Source: the human T2T-CHM13v2.0 reference genome, Homo sapiens. Taken from it: DNA of 64,000 nt. Below, piece by piece: positions 46,477 to 64,000 of this stretch. Position 1 is the first letter of the stretch; every line of letters begins with the position of its first letter. Under the pieces are notes generated by a model, which ran no database searches, was not told the origin of the DNA, and saw only the letters and a program-made list of their open reading frames with translations. The stretch lies in NCBI RefSeq assembly GCF_009914755.1, contig NC_060925.1; one strand, 5' to 3'. The translations under genes were made by a program, and so were the position numbers.

Positions 46477-48679
46477 CTTAGAGGGTAGACGTGAGAAGCC
46501 TTGGGGATTTGGTTGCTCATGTAAAGGTAAGGGAGTGGGCAGAGACAAGGAGAATGTCCAGGTTTCTGGTCTGAGCACTAGGGTAGATAGAGGGTGATGC
46601 AATTCACACTGTGTGTAAAATTCACAATGAGGAGCAGGTTGTGGGGATGATTGGTTCAATTAAAATCCTACTGAATTTGAGGATACCTCTTTAAATATAT
46701 ACAAAAAGGCCATTAGTTTTTTGTATCTGAGGTCAGGAGAGAGAGCCTAGGAGAAGAGAGATTGACGACTCTTCAGTGTGTAGATGATACTTGAAGCCAT
46801 TATGCTCTGGAAAGTGCCAGTAGAATGGGAAGCAAGAAGAGACTGACGTATAGATAAATACTTACCCAATAAGGGGAAAAAAGCTACAAAGAGAATGATA
46901 AAGACAAAAAAACAAGATATTTTTTAAAAAGAAAGAAGGAGTGTTAAGTGATATTCAGTGTTGCCAAGAAATCAAGATAAAGACTGAAAGCTACTGATAA
47001 TACCCTAGTAGAGAGGAATTCCAGTGGAGCGCTGAGAGCGCTGCCCAGATTTCAGCAGGCTGAGGTTTGGAGACGAGGGGTGTAGGGTGTGGTGGGAAGA
47101 TGGGAGGTGAAGTCAGTCCACGTGTGTGATTAGCTCTGTGCACTTGGGCTTTTTGCTCAGGTAGATGTATCGGAAGGTTAGTGAGGGTGGGAATTGAAGG
47201 TATCAGCCTAAAGGGGTGGTTTAAAGAGTAGGCTACAAAGTCAGAAGACCAGAGAGGGTGAATGGTAGAAAGGAGGGGAGCCAAGATTCTCAAGGTCTGG
47301 AGGCTGAGGGGGTTCGGATAGGATGCCTACAGGTATTATTGGGTAGATAAATTGGTTTCAGTTGGTAAGCTGCTGGAGGGTGTGGCCTGGTGAGTGGTCT
47401 GCTGGCTAAGATTGCGTGAAGGTGAGTGCTTGCATTGGCTTACTCTCACTTTCTTTCTTCCTCTGGGTGTGAATGATTTGCTAATCATGGTTCCCATTCC
47501 AGTGTGTAACCAGTTTGCAGGTCATTGTCAGTTTTTTTTGTACTGGTGCTTTAAAAAACAAACAAACTGTTTTCAGTATTTAAAAACACATTAAGCTTTC
47601 TATGTACCAGGCTCTGTTTTAAGCACTTTACAATTATTAACTGTTTTAATCTTCATTACAAGCCTGGTGAGATAGTTTTTATTTTCCTTTTGCAGAATAC
47701 ACTGAAGCACAAGAAAATTACGTTCATTTTCTTCCTTGCTTTGAAGTTCCATTACCAACACAAAACCTTCAACTGCATTTTTGCATTTCTGGCTATCTCT
47801 GACCCTAACTTGCCACAACACAGATCCACGCAGGTTGGAACACAAAACTGTTTCCTCCTTTGGATATATAGTCTGTAAAATGACTGCTGGGGCCTGCTGT
47901 TTTCCTGAGAGTGACTTCTCTTTCTGTGCTTTGTAATTTTACTTCATGATATTTACAGGATTTTATATGTAGAACAGCTCATGTCCAGGTTAAATTCTGT
48001 GGGGGGTGGGTGGGAAGTCTCTTCCATTTTGCAGAAGTTTTCAAGGTATTTCCTGATTTGCCTATCAAACATAGCCTATCCCAGGATATGGGAAGAATTT
48101 TCCTCTTTTAATTATTTCAAGCCATGTGTCTGTACAGTGTACATACTTGACTAATTTGCTGTTTTATGAGGGAATAATAAAAACACCAAAACTGAAGAAG
48201 ACAAGTATTTAATATAGCCCAGTTCTCTTAAATTGGCAAGTGAAGACATTTGAGCTGAAAAGGTGAAGTGACTTTTCTGTCCAAAATAGCTTTGACAGAG
48301 CCAGAATCTTAGTCTCCTGCTGTTCAGGGCAGTTTGCTTTTTCCCCATGCTGCACTGACTTCTATTAGAAAAGGAAAATTTCTTTCATTTACAACAGAGT
48401 CTAACTTTCCTCATACTATTGGTAGTTAATGGCCCTGTACATTTGTTAAATGTAGTTGGGTAACAAGTATTTCTTTAACAAACTAATTACCTGACTTCTG
48501 GGTCAGGTGAATGTGTTATGAAGAATCCTGGACATTTTTAGAGATCTTTGAAAAAGATGTCAGGGATACTTTTAAGAAAATACTAGGGATTCAAAGATGG
48601 AAGACAGCCTAAGACAAGAGTGAAGCTTAGCATGAGTAATCTGCATGAAAAATCTGCATGAAAAATAACAGGCAACGGT

Positions 48680-49031
<352 letters not shown>

Positions 49032-49811
49032 TGAGAACTTTGAAAACAAGAATTTTAAGTGTCTCCTATGTTTGCATTTTGTGCAATGAAATGAAGGGGA
49101 CAGGATAGTTGCTGAGACTGGATTTCACTATTTACTCTTAGGACAGGAGAGAATGTGTCTATGTGGCACGTTGGACAGGGCTCACATGGTGCTTCTGAGG
49201 GAAGTCCTCAGAAGTTGGGTGGTTGAGTTGGGACATTCGGCCTGGGGGAACCAGATGCTCAAAGCCAAATCTGAATTGGAACCACAATTTCTAAGGTAAT
49301 TTAGACTTAGTTCCCATGATGCTATGTGTGAAAAACTTGGCAACACTGATTCATTCTGAAGTCGCTACATGAGAGGAGGACAGTTTTGATCACAGACTGA
49401 TGGAATGCACTTTGGATGCAGATCAGAAATATATCAGAGTCTCCCTGTAGCTTTGAAGTTACAAGGGTGCTGCATTTAAGCCTGTAGGTAGGAGTACGGC
49501 GGCTTCATTGTCATCAGTGTTTTCTGATATTGAGCTTCTCATGGTCCCAGTTAGGCTATATTGAGGCTCCTGCTGACCCAGTCAGGAGCATGAAAAGAGG
49601 GTGTCTTTGAAAAAAATAAAGCTGCTAGTGCAAAGCCAAAATATAACTGAGATTAAAGACTGTAATGAACCGAGCTATTTTGAATCTGAAAGTTACCTCA
49701 GGTTTTGGTAAATATTAATTGTATTTTGATTATATTTACTGAAGATGGATGGACAAGAAGACTTCTGAGCCATGGTCCCAGGGTCATAGGACAAGTGGAG
49801 AAAACCTTTTC

Positions 49812-52727
<2,916 letters not shown>

Positions 52728-52784
52728 CTTTATTTTTTAATTTTCATGGATACATAGTAATATATATATGTATATATTATAGGG
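52728..52784 (-). mobile_element. L1 (L1MA/L1PB-like) extreme 3'-end stub
   Basis: Minus strand CCCTATAATATATACA...TACTATGTATCCATGAAAATTAAAAAATAA resembles the recalled L1MA end CCCCATAAATATATACACCTACTATGTACCCACAAAAATTAAAAAT. Confidence 0.65.
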
Positions 52785-52849
52785 GAAAAACTTTTTCTTT
52801 AGTATTGTATTTGACATGCACTTAATGTTTTTACTACAATGAGGCAATT

Positions 52850-52865
52850 TTTCTTTTTCTTTTTC

Positions 52866-52898
<33 letters not shown>

Positions 52899-53135
52899 AG
52901 ACAGGGTCTTGCTCTGTGACCCAGGCTGGAGTACAATGGTGCAATTATATGACACTGCAGCTTCAGACTGTCGAGTAGCGAGGACCACAGGCACGTACCA
53001 CCACACTCTGCTAATTTTTATATTTTTTGTAGAGACAGGTTCTGGCTATGTTGCACAGGCTGGTCTTGAACTCTTGGCCTCAAGTGATCCTCCTGCCTCA
53101 GCCTCCCAAAGTGCTGGAATCACAGGTATGAGTGA
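52850..53135 (-). mobile_element. Alu (AluJ-like, internally deleted)
   Basis: Long T tail; TSD ACAATGAGGC(A/G)ATTTT. Confidence 0.9.
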
Positions 53136-53431
53136 GGGTGCTGGGACAATGAGGCGATTTTCATATTCAAAATAGATGGCAGCCAAAGCCAGGCCAAGGG
53201 TCGAGGCAGAAATCTTGCATTATGTGTGTTAGAATGCTACAACATTTGACACAATAGCCTGCAGACAGGGGTGCTCAGGAGACAGGTTTTGAGCTTCATG
53301 CATCAATTAGCTGGTCTTTGAGGGTGACATCTGTTGGTACATATAATCACTCTTCTTCCCAGGTGTAGATTGTGTAACTGAAGGATAGGGTCTACATATG
53401 CCACGTTCAAAGTGATTTAAAAAAATAGTAT

Positions 53432-54034
<603 letters not shown>

Positions 54035-54830
54035 TTTAAAAAATAGTATATAGTGAAGAGTAGAGTGCCTGATTTACTATTTAGTAATAAAACATTCACT
54101 TTCCTTATAGACTGTTTTGAATTTATTTAGGAACTTGCCCCCAAATAAGTGAACACCAATCTAGTATCATTATTGTACCATTTCACTTGACAGTTGTTAC
54201 AGAGTCTGTTCTTTAAAGTGGAATCTTGATAGAATGGGAATTTCAGACTCATTTTGGAGATAAGCTGTAAAGAACTAATGGTGGATGATGTTCTCCTCAG
54301 GGTAAGGTGGAAGACGGGGCAATTAGACCCCGTGGTGAATGCAGATTAATGAATCTAAGTGAGTCTATTTGGTTTTTTCAGTTTAGTTGGCCGGAGTGGA
54401 GGAGCAAGTCATAGAAAATTGGGGCTTTTTTTTCTTGTTTCTTCATGCCATGCCATTCAGTACTGACTGAGGGTCAAGCACTGTGCTAAGTACTTAACAT
54501 GATCTCTTCAATTAGTTGGTCTTAACTTAAATAACTCAGTTAATCTGACTTCCATTTTCTGATGTGAAAACTGAGACTTAGGGTAATTTGCCCAGAGTCA
54601 GTTGTTTTGTAAGCGGCAGAAGATGGAATTCCAACCCACGAAGGCTGACTCTACATCTTGTGCCCTTTCTCCACCCTCCATAGCCAATCTGTTGGCCTTT
54701 TTTCTCTTTCTGTTGCCATCACTCTGGTCTAAGCCGCCTTAGTGTTGAGGCTGGTCTCAAGTGGTAGTCCCCTAATTAGTCTCCATGGGTCCACTCTGCT
54801 CTCTTTAGTTCCTTCTCCACAAAAGAGTGA

Positions 54831-54995
54831 TTTTTTTTTTCTTTTTAAAAGATAGGATTTCTCTCTGTCACCCAGGCTGGAGTGCAATGGAACAATCATA
54901 GCTCACTGCAGCCTGGAATCCCTGCACTCAAGTGATCCTCCCACCTGGGCCCCCCAAAGTGCTAGGAATACAGGTGTGAGCCATTGCACCTGGCC
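54831..54995 (-). mobile_element. Alu monomer / deleted AluJ
   Basis: Right-arm end fused to left-arm start. Confidence 0.8.
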
Positions 54996-55489
54996 TTGAT
55001 TTTTAAAAACCAAGTCCAATCTTGTTACACTTGGAGATGCTTTACCCTAGGGTCATACTGTAGCTCTTATTTATGACCTACAGGGACCTCCCTTAGCTAC
55101 CTGCTGGCTAGGTCGGCAGCTTCATCTTATGCTATTCTGTGTTACTGTGCTGCCTGGGAATATTTATAAAATGCAAATTCTTGGGCTCTGCTTCTGGAAA
55201 GTCTGATTGACTAGATCTGAGACTGGGCTCTGGGAATATGAATTTTTGATAAGCCAGATTCGGGAAAGTCTTGCTCTAGAAAGTGTGTTCTGTGAATATT
55301 AGTTGCTACTTCGCCATGGAAGCTGCTCTTGTCTTTTGTTCTTTCACTCACCTTTGAATTCTCAAGAGTTACAGCTCTGCTCATGAGAGATGCTGTGCCA
55401 GAGCTAAGCCTTGTCAACAAAACGTTTTCCCTGGATTGATCATTATGGCTTTGGTTAACTTCTTGTGTGTAACTGAGAAACTGCTCAGC

Positions 55490-55539
55490 CAAGAGAGACG
55501 GAGAGACACACGGAGAGAGACAGAGACAGGGACAGAGAC

Positions 55540-55572
<33 letters not shown>

Positions 55573-55872
55573 CCGAGAGAGACAAACAGAGATAGACAGA
55601 GAGACAGAGATAGACAGAGACAGAGACAGACAGAGACAGAGAGAGAGAGACAGACAGAAACAGAGAGACAGACAGATAAAGAGAGAAAGACAGAGAGACA
55701 GAGACAGAGAGAGAGAGAGAAAGACAGAGAGAAAGACAGAGAGACAGAGACAGACAGGAAAGATACAGAAAGAGAGAGACAGAGAGAGAGAAAGAGAGAG
55801 AGACAGGGAGAGAAAGAAAAAGAGAGAGAGAAAGAGAGGAGAGAGAGAAGGAGAGAGAGAGACTGAGACTGA
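55490..55872 (+). repeat. Compound (GA)n/(GAGACA)n purine-rich satellite, ~380 bp
   Basis: Directly visible; very few T on the + strand. Confidence 0.95.
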
Positions 55873-56036
55873 GTTTGTCTCCAATTGGGGTTAACAGAAT
55901 TTTTGGTGGAATTAACACCACTTTTTATTTCTTACAAGAACTTTCTCTATTTAATTTTCTCTATTTGAAAAAACTTGAGATGTAAAATGCAGATGTTCAT
56001 ACCCAGGTATGTTGCTGAATAAAAACTCTGTATATT

Positions 56037-56345
<309 letters not shown>

Positions 56346-57011
56346 TTAAATGTAATCTTATTCAATATATACTGTACTCATAAGCCTAAACCCCAGGGTT
56401 TTTCTTCCTTTATATATTAACATGTGTTTTGAAATGTGCTTTTGAAATACAAGGGGTTGTAAAACATTGAACCTGCAGAATGTGGACAATAAAGTAACCA
56501 TTTTTGTACTTATCAAAGTTTCAAACAACCCTAGAAAAATTTGGAAAACTTTTGCAAGAATCTTGTCTGTAAGGTTTATATTCTATATTAAGAAGTTATT
56601 ATGTAATGCACATACAGATACAGATAAAATTACTTTTCACAGATTAATTTTTACAGATATTTTTATCTGCCTTTATCACCAAGTATTTGATTTGTAAGTT
56701 GTTTAGGTGCACCTCATATGTGTGCATAAAATGAACAAGGTACTATTCATGTCACATCCATTTCAGTTCTTTGTTGTTGGTTAATTCTAGCATTTGTACT
56801 GCATTAAATTATTTTATTGCAGTGTTGATTTTTATTTTCCCCATTTGCACTGAAGAGAATATAAGGTTGACATTTCTTTTTGGCATGTTTCTAAGCTCAG
56901 CAAATATAGCAACCGAGGTGCTAAATTTCAGTCAAAAATAGAACTCCTCAGCCTCATTTTGGAAATTTCTTCTCATTCATGCACAGGGATTCTAGTGTCA
57001 AATTTTTAGCT

Positions 57012-57043
57012 CTGCCCTCTGCTGGTCATTTCAAATTATGCAG
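57012..57043 (-). promoter_or_regulatory. Candidate CTCF site
   Basis: Minus strand CCAGCAGAGGGCAG (57012-57025) matches CCASYAGRKGGCRS; upstream CTGCA at roughly the accessory-motif spacing. Confidence 0.6.
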
Positions 57044-59056
57044 AAGAATTCTCAGAACAGTATTCATTTCCAAATATAAGGAGTTACAGGAAGGCGTCTT
57101 AAAATTTCACCACTGCAAAATATATTCACAGGAAGATTAATTGTAATAGCTTTACATTTTAAAATCAAAAATTCTTTGAGGTAAATTTTTGAAATTAGAG
57201 AGTAGCGAAAGCTTTATAGATTTTTCAAGAAAATAGCATTTGTGTTTTTTTTCCCCTGAGTACAGGTGAAAACAAATATGGTTATAGTTAAGGTATCAAT
57301 AACATTAGAGAAAACAATCTGATATGTATAAATGCTAATGTTGATTAAGTATTTTTTGTCCTCTTCTGATACAGCACTTACTCCATTAAAGTCTCTTGAT
57401 TGGTTAAAATAACACAACTTCCTTTTCAGATAAAACAGATTTTTAATTAAGTTGTATTTGCTAAAGGTTATATGCTCCTTTAGCTAAATGATTAACCCTT
57501 ATTGAAATATGTTTTCACTTTTAAGGATTTGAACAAAAATTTTGTACAGAAGCTTACATCAAGATACAAAGATCATGGATGCTTATAGATACGATGAACT
57601 GCAAATGAAAATTGAGGTCAGCCAGCCATCAGACATAGTCAACAAATCACGCGGGTGGAAACTGGGTAGTCTCTTCTGTGTACAGAAGGAAAATGATTAT
57701 TGATGAAACAAGACATCCATCCCATGTGCTCATTAATTATGAACAAGAAACAATGTCTGTAAACACAAGGAAAGTTTTTACAACGCGAGACCAAGAAAAA
57801 CAGGGAAGGCATATCTTGCTCACAGCCTTGTTAGATCAAGGCTTTAATTAAGGTCAAGCTGATATTTAATAATAATTTGAGACTAAAGTCCAGCTAAAGA
57901 GTACTGAGCTAGGTGATGAAAATTGGTTTTGTTTCTCAACTCTTACCAACGGTGTGGCCTCACCAGTAAAAGTCAAACTAAATCCCTCTAGTGACCCGTT
58001 TAATGCTAATAGTCACCACTTTTTGAGCTTTGCTGAGGGTTTTACACATGTCATTTGATCTTTAACACCCCTTGGAGGTTTTGTTAGGTGTATTTTTTAT
58101 AAAGAGACTGGCCATAATAATTAGTAGAGAAGCATTGAGATCTAGGTATGATAAACTCTGAAATGCCTGCTCTTAACTGCTGTGTCTATTATGCAGAAGT
58201 CCCTAAATGTATTTTGGAATAATCATTACAGGCTCTACATCCACACATGTTAGCATTTCACAGGTATGTTCAAAGGCAAAGAGATGATAGGTTTTCACAG
58301 TAACCTTCCCTATATCCATAGCTTCAGAAAATAAGAAATATATGGTAGAAATTAACCATCCTTCTATGGGTCTATACATGGATATTATGGATAAATATCC
58401 TGGTTTCTAAGTCCCAATTGTTATGTTGATTTAAGGGCACGGTCTTTAGAAATGACTTGTTCAAATTCTCTACTTTATTCTATTGAAGTATATTTGGGCT
58501 CAGTAGATCAAAGCACTGCACGTGAAGGCCTACCTCATTTTTAAATGATGATAATAATAACTGTAGCCATAATGGCTATATAGTCTACTAATGGGTGAGT
58601 CAGTGCCCATTCTAAGCACCAACAAGTCACCCTAGTCTATAAGTAGCAGAGCATGTCACAGATCTTAATCTCAGTTCCAGCCTGTTTCCTGTGCTATCCG
58701 TGGTTGGTGACAGATCTTAAGGCTGAGCCCTTATTTTAGCTTTTCTTTCTGTGAAAAGAGACCCAACAGGCAGCTTTCATATATGTGCTACTTCTGCTTG
58801 GTATGCGCTTTCCTGGAGCGAATTGTTCAAACCTCACCTTCAGCTAACACCTTTGAGAAAATGTAAGCTCCGGTGTGGGCGAAGTCTGGATTCTGAGAGA
58901 CAGGAGTCTTAGAAAATTGTGAATGCAGTTTCGTACAGTATTTCTTTTTGCTTAAGAAAATCTTTATGATAGGCATTTAGATGTTGCCCCACTCAGCTTG
59001 AGACTTGCTGTCTAATTTTAAGACTGAATCACTGAAAAGTGTAAGTCTACCTCTGA

Positions 59057-59408
<352 letters not shown>

Positions 59409-60723
59409 TCCAATGGACTTTTTAATGCATGTCACTGTTCTAAATTAAACCCTGCTATCAGCACTTTTCATATTCCCTTTTCTTATTCCTTCTTGAGGGT
59501 AGGTACCACCATGGGCTCTGGCATTTACAGAATACACATAATTCTCCTCTCTGTCTAATCCAGTCCTGATCCTCTGTCTTCTCTAGGCCCTGTCTAGAAT
59601 CTGTGTGCTCTTCACTGGACCCTTTTGATACTCCGAGCTCATTTAAAAAAAAAAAAGAAAAAGCCTTACATTCCTTTTATTCCTTCCCTTAACTCAAAAT
59701 TGGTTTCCTTTTATAAGGCTATAGTTTTTGAAATTCACCCCACTCTAATTCCTTCCTTTGGATCTTCTGCTCTCATAGAGCCAGGAGGAGGATGTGTGTG
59801 TATGTGGGGGTGGGTTCCATATGCTTAACCTTTTGTTTCCGTTTCCAAATTTGTCCTAGCAGTAGCATCATGCGGTAGACTCATACATACCACGCTCTCT
59901 TCTTCTTACGCTTGTTCCCATAATTGCTGGAGAACCTCAGCACAGTGGCCCTGTTGCCTGTGCCTACTTCTGGGATGAGCTAGGACTAAGCAGAGACAAC
60001 ATCCCGAGAAACTAATGTCATGCTAGAATACCAATCTATGAAATTCTATTTCTGGAACCTTTGCTGCTCTACTAAGCAGATCCATGCAGAGAGAAGCCTG
60101 CCACTGTCTTGGCATTTCTCAGCCTTTCAACCCTGTGGAGTGTCTATTTTGCAAGTCACCACCTCCTTCTCCCTTACTCAGAGCCATCAGTGATTATTGG
60201 AGACAGCTACAAAACAGTGGCAATAAAATCCACTAAACTTTCCAGAGGCCCAGTCTGAGTTGTTCACCCTGTAGCCCTGTGATTTTGGGTGAGTTACTTA
60301 TTTGAGACTTAGTGTTTTCATCTGTAAGATGAGGAAAATAGAAGAGTTTTGGTGAGGATCAGATAAAATATCAGGCACTTATGTAAGAGAACATTATAGA
60401 GTAAGTGTGGTGGAATCCCCAGGCGGGTCTGAGTCATGGCTTTGCTGAGTGATTGCTGTGTGGCACTGGCTGGCTCATTTGTCCTCCGTGGGCTTGGTTC
60501 CTAGTTGTTAAGATGGAGGGTTAGTGATATTTACAACGTGGGCTGTAAAGGGGCTATGGCAATGCCCAGCATAGAACGAGGGCTGAGTAGATGCTAGAGC
60601 CATTTTATCATCATTTTTGTTGTTATATTCATGGCAGGACTTTTTCGGGCAAAATTCTTATATCATCTCATTTAATCTCACTCGGTTCTCAAAAAGTACC
60701 CATTGAGCTGGTTGTATTTACAG

Positions 60724-61001
60724 TTTTTTTTTTTTTTTTTTTGACAGGCTTGCAGTTGTACGATCATAGCTCACTGCAGCCTTAACCTCCTGGGCTGAAG
60801 TGATCTCCCACCTAAACCTCTCTAGTAGCTGGTACCACAGGTGCATGCCACCATGCTTGGCAAATTTATTTATTTATTTTTTTGTAGAGACGAGGTCTCA
60901 CTATGTTGTCCAGGCTGGCCTTGAACTCAGGGCTCAAGTGATCCTCTCAGCTCGAATTCCCAAAGTGTTGGGATTACAAGTGTGAGCCACTGCTCCCAGC
61001 C
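60724..61001 (-). mobile_element. Alu (AluJ-like)
   Basis: Diverged dimer with T tail. Confidence 0.88.
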
Positions 61002-61172
61002 TGTATGATGCTATTTTATAGGCCAGGGACTAAAGGTTCTCACAGGTAAATTTCTAGAAAAAGATGGAGTTATGATTTAAGCCCAGAAGTTGCCTCATTT
61101 AAATTTCATGAACTTTTTGTTGGATTATGATAAAGCTAACATGCAGTAAGGGGTTCAAGAAGTGTGAACACC

Positions 61173-61469
61173 AGCCGGGCGCTGTGGCTCACACATGTAA
61201 TCCTAGCATTTGGGAGGCCAAGGAGGGTGGATCACCTGAGTTCAGGGGTTCGAGACCAGCCTGGCCAACATGGCACAACCCTGCCTCTACTGAAAATACA
61301 AAAATCAGCCAGGTGTGGTGGTGCATGCCTGTAATCACAGCTACTCCGGAGGCAGGAGAATCTCTTGAACCCAGGAGGCGGAGGTTGCAGTGAGCCGAGA
61401 TCAGGCCACTGCACTCCAGCCTGGGCGACAAAGTGAGATTCCATCAAAAAAAAAAAAAAAAAAAAAAAA
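61173..61469 (+). mobile_element. Alu (AluS-like)
   Basis: Full dimer with poly-A. Confidence 0.92.
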
Positions 61470-61989
61470 GTGTTACTACCTACAAGGCCTACCCAGTTAA
61501 GAATAATTCATGTCCGTGTCTTAGGAGAACGTACGTTCTCACTGGAGAGAGGGAGCAGACAGACAATGCATCAAAGAGAATTCTCAGTTCAAACACAGTC
61601 AATGCTGACACAGATAGTACAGAGTGCTCTGGGAACACAGATGAAGCAATAAACACCCGTGTAAGTGGAGGAAGGCCCCATTCTAGAAAGGTGGCATTTG
61701 AAGTGGCACATGAAGGTTAAGTAGGAGTTTTCAAGGTGGAAAAGACAGGTTGTTCTTGGCGGAAAACCTGGTTTCTGCCTCAGAGATACGGTTGGCTGTG
61801 AAAGATCCTGACACATTGAAGAAATGGTGAGCAATTCCAGTTGGCAGAAACCAAGGTGGGCTGTGAAGGATGGGCGGAGACAGGGATGGGTGATACCTGT
61901 TACTAAGGGCATCTTCATAGGCACATCCGCAATCCCAATTCCATCTCAGAATCATTAGAGGTCTCAAATATTTGTATTTACTCATTTTT

Positions 61990-62110
61990 AAAGGCTAGTC
62001 AAGTGTAGTAGTGAGAAGAAGGAAAGAGTAGAACAAGGAATTTGATCTGTAACTGATTCTGAACAATCAATTGAAATCAATTGAAATAACTCACTACCCT
62101 TGGACCAACC
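61990..62110 (-). pseudogene. Y1 RNA (RNY1) retropseudogene
   Basis: Minus strand GGTTGGTCCAAGGGTAGTGAGTTAT...CAGTTACAGATCAAATTCCTTGTTCTACTCTTTCC...CACTTGACTAGCCTTT matches hY1 end to end; degenerate A tail; TSD AGAG(G/A)TCTCA(A/G)AT (61957-61969 / 62111-62123). Confidence 0.92.
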
Positions 62111-62154
62111 AGAGATCTCAGATTTGTAGTAGCAAGAAAGGAATATGCTAATTT

Positions 62155-62527
62155 TTTCCTTCCTTCCTTCCTTCCTTCCTTCCCTCCCTCCCTCCCTCTT
62201 TCTTTCTTCCCTCCCCTCCCTTCCCCTCCCCTCCTTTTCTTTTCAACAGGGCCTTGTGCTGTCGTCCAGGCTGGAGTGCAGTGTTGTGATCATGGCTCAC
62301 TGCAGCCTCAACCTTTCAGACTTAAGCAATCCCCCCCCCGACCTTGACCTCCTGAGTAGCTAGGACTAGAGTTGCACACCACCACACCCTGCTAATTTTT
62401 GTATTTCTTGTAAAGACAGGGTTTCATCATGTTGCCCAGGCTAGTCTCAAACTCCTGAGCTCAAGCAATCCACCCACCTTGGCTGCCAAAATGCTGGGAT
62501 TACAGGTGTGAGCAACCACACCTGGCC
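62155..62527 (-). mobile_element. Alu (AluJ-like) with (TTCC)n/(TCCC)n tail
   Basis: Dimer ~62245-62527 preceded by a pyrimidine microsatellite. Confidence 0.88.
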
Positions 62528-62619
62528 ACTAATCTTTGCTTTCGATGAAGATGATTTTCTGCATAGTGGAGAGCTAGCTACCAGGATGTGGTAATCATGA
62601 AAGAGACTATAAATCTTGT

Positions 62620-62914
62620 TTTAATTTTTATTTTTTTAACCAATCTCATTCTGCTGCCCAGGCTGGAGTACAGTGGTGCAATCATGGCTTACTGTAGCTT
62701 CTAACTCCTAGCCTCGAGTGATTCTCCCACTTCCACCTCCATCTCTGGAATAGCTGGGATTAGATGTGCACTGCCATGCCTAGCTATTTTTAAATATTTT
62801 GTAGAGACAGGGTCTAGCTATGTTGCCAGGTTGGTCTCAAACTCCTGGCCTCAAGTGTTCCTCCTGCCTTGGCCTCTCAAAGTGCTGGGATTATGTGAGC
62901 CACTGTGCCTGGCC
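62620..62914 (-). mobile_element. Alu (AluJ-like)
   Basis: Diverged dimer. Confidence 0.86.
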
Positions 62915-63294
62915 TATCAAAATGTTTTTAAACTAGATTTGAGAGCCCAAAGTGATTGAGATGAATAAGAAACACATTCTACAGACATATCTGAGATGGA
63001 AATAATTCATTTTGGTGACTTACTAGATTTAGAAGGTGTGAGGTTGTCAAAGATCAAGGTTTCTAGTTTTGCAGATTAGATGGGCAATTCTTTATTGAGT
63101 AATGTTTTTTAATAATTCATGCTCTTAATTTTTGATGAGCAATGCACAATTTGTTAGTATATAAAAGGACTCTTTAGCTATATCATTAAAAAAAAAACTG
63201 ACCATCTGGACTGGCACTTCAAAATTAGATACTTTTTTTTTTTTTTAATAATGACTAAAACTTGGAATTTTTATAAATATATATCACCGTAAAG

Positions 63295-63600
63295 GGACAG
63301 ACGTGGTGGCTCACTCCTGTAATCCTAGCACTTTAGGAGCCTGAGGCAGGAGAATCCCTTGAGCCTAGGAGTTTGAAACCACCTGAGGCAACATAGTCAG
63401 ACTCTGTCTCTACTAAACAACAACAACAACAACAAAAAGTCAGCCAGGCACAGTGGTGCATACCTATAGTCCCAGCTACTAGGAAGGCTGAAGCGGGAGG
63501 ATCACTTGAGCCAGGAGTAGGAGGCCGAAGTGTGCTATGATTGCACCACTGCACTCTAGCCTGAGCAACAGAGTAAGACCCTGTCAACAACAACAACAGC
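63295..63600 (+). mobile_element. Alu (AluJ-like) with (CAA)n linker and tail
   Basis: Diverged dimer. Confidence 0.88.
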
Positions 63601-64000
63601 AAGAAGTATGTCATTGAAAACAGCCTCATGCAGAGGGAAATGTTCAGCTGGGTTTGAGGCAGATAAAAAAAATCCATTTGTTTAAACTCCAAACCATTCA
63701 CTACTTCCGAAAATTTATTTTAGGATACTTAAAATTTATTGATTGCCTTCTCTTAAGATGTCTCGGCAGAGGCATTTCCTTTTAATTCATCCATGTTGCT
63801 CTTGTTACATTTCCAAAGGAAGTGCTACAGAGGTAATGCAGAGTCAGGAAACTGGTTCCAGTAACGCTGTGAAGGGAGTGAGGGCAGGGTTTAGTCTCTG
63901 AAATAGACTGTGCACTTGCTTCACAAGAGGGATTTTTTCTCTCCAACAGCTGAGTTAGAGCAGGCTAAGGTGGTGGGCTGAAATCCTAGTTGGCCCTAGG

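Noticed and set aside
55211-55921. SL-rich and RE/RD-rich ORFs
   Set aside because: Translations of the GA satellite

Overview
Primate (very likely human) genomic DNA from the 5' part of FMN2 (formin-2) on the + strand. The window opens inside the GC-rich first coding exon (1-1045), contains the ~29.5-kb intron 1 and the 167-nt exon 2 (30513-30679), and ends inside intron 2. The introns hold about 40 Alu elements or fragments, three ERV-type solo LTRs (two MER41-family), hAT MITEs (MER5/MER20/MER58), L1/L2 remnants, a near-full-length processed PSMD2 pseudogene antisense to FMN2 and a Y1 RNA pseudogene. Apart from the FMN2 exons and pseudogene fragments, the ORF track is mostly Alu, microsatellite or chance artefact. 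I found no new multi-gene system. The strongest unexplained structure is a 236-bp ungapped inverted duplication (15180-15415 / 16847-17082, ~89% identical) whose second copy sits between 21-bp direct repeats, suggesting a locally templated insertion able to form a long non-Alu dsRNA stem in FMN2 pre-mRNA. Repeat family names come from recalled consensus sequences and repeat boundaries are approximate.
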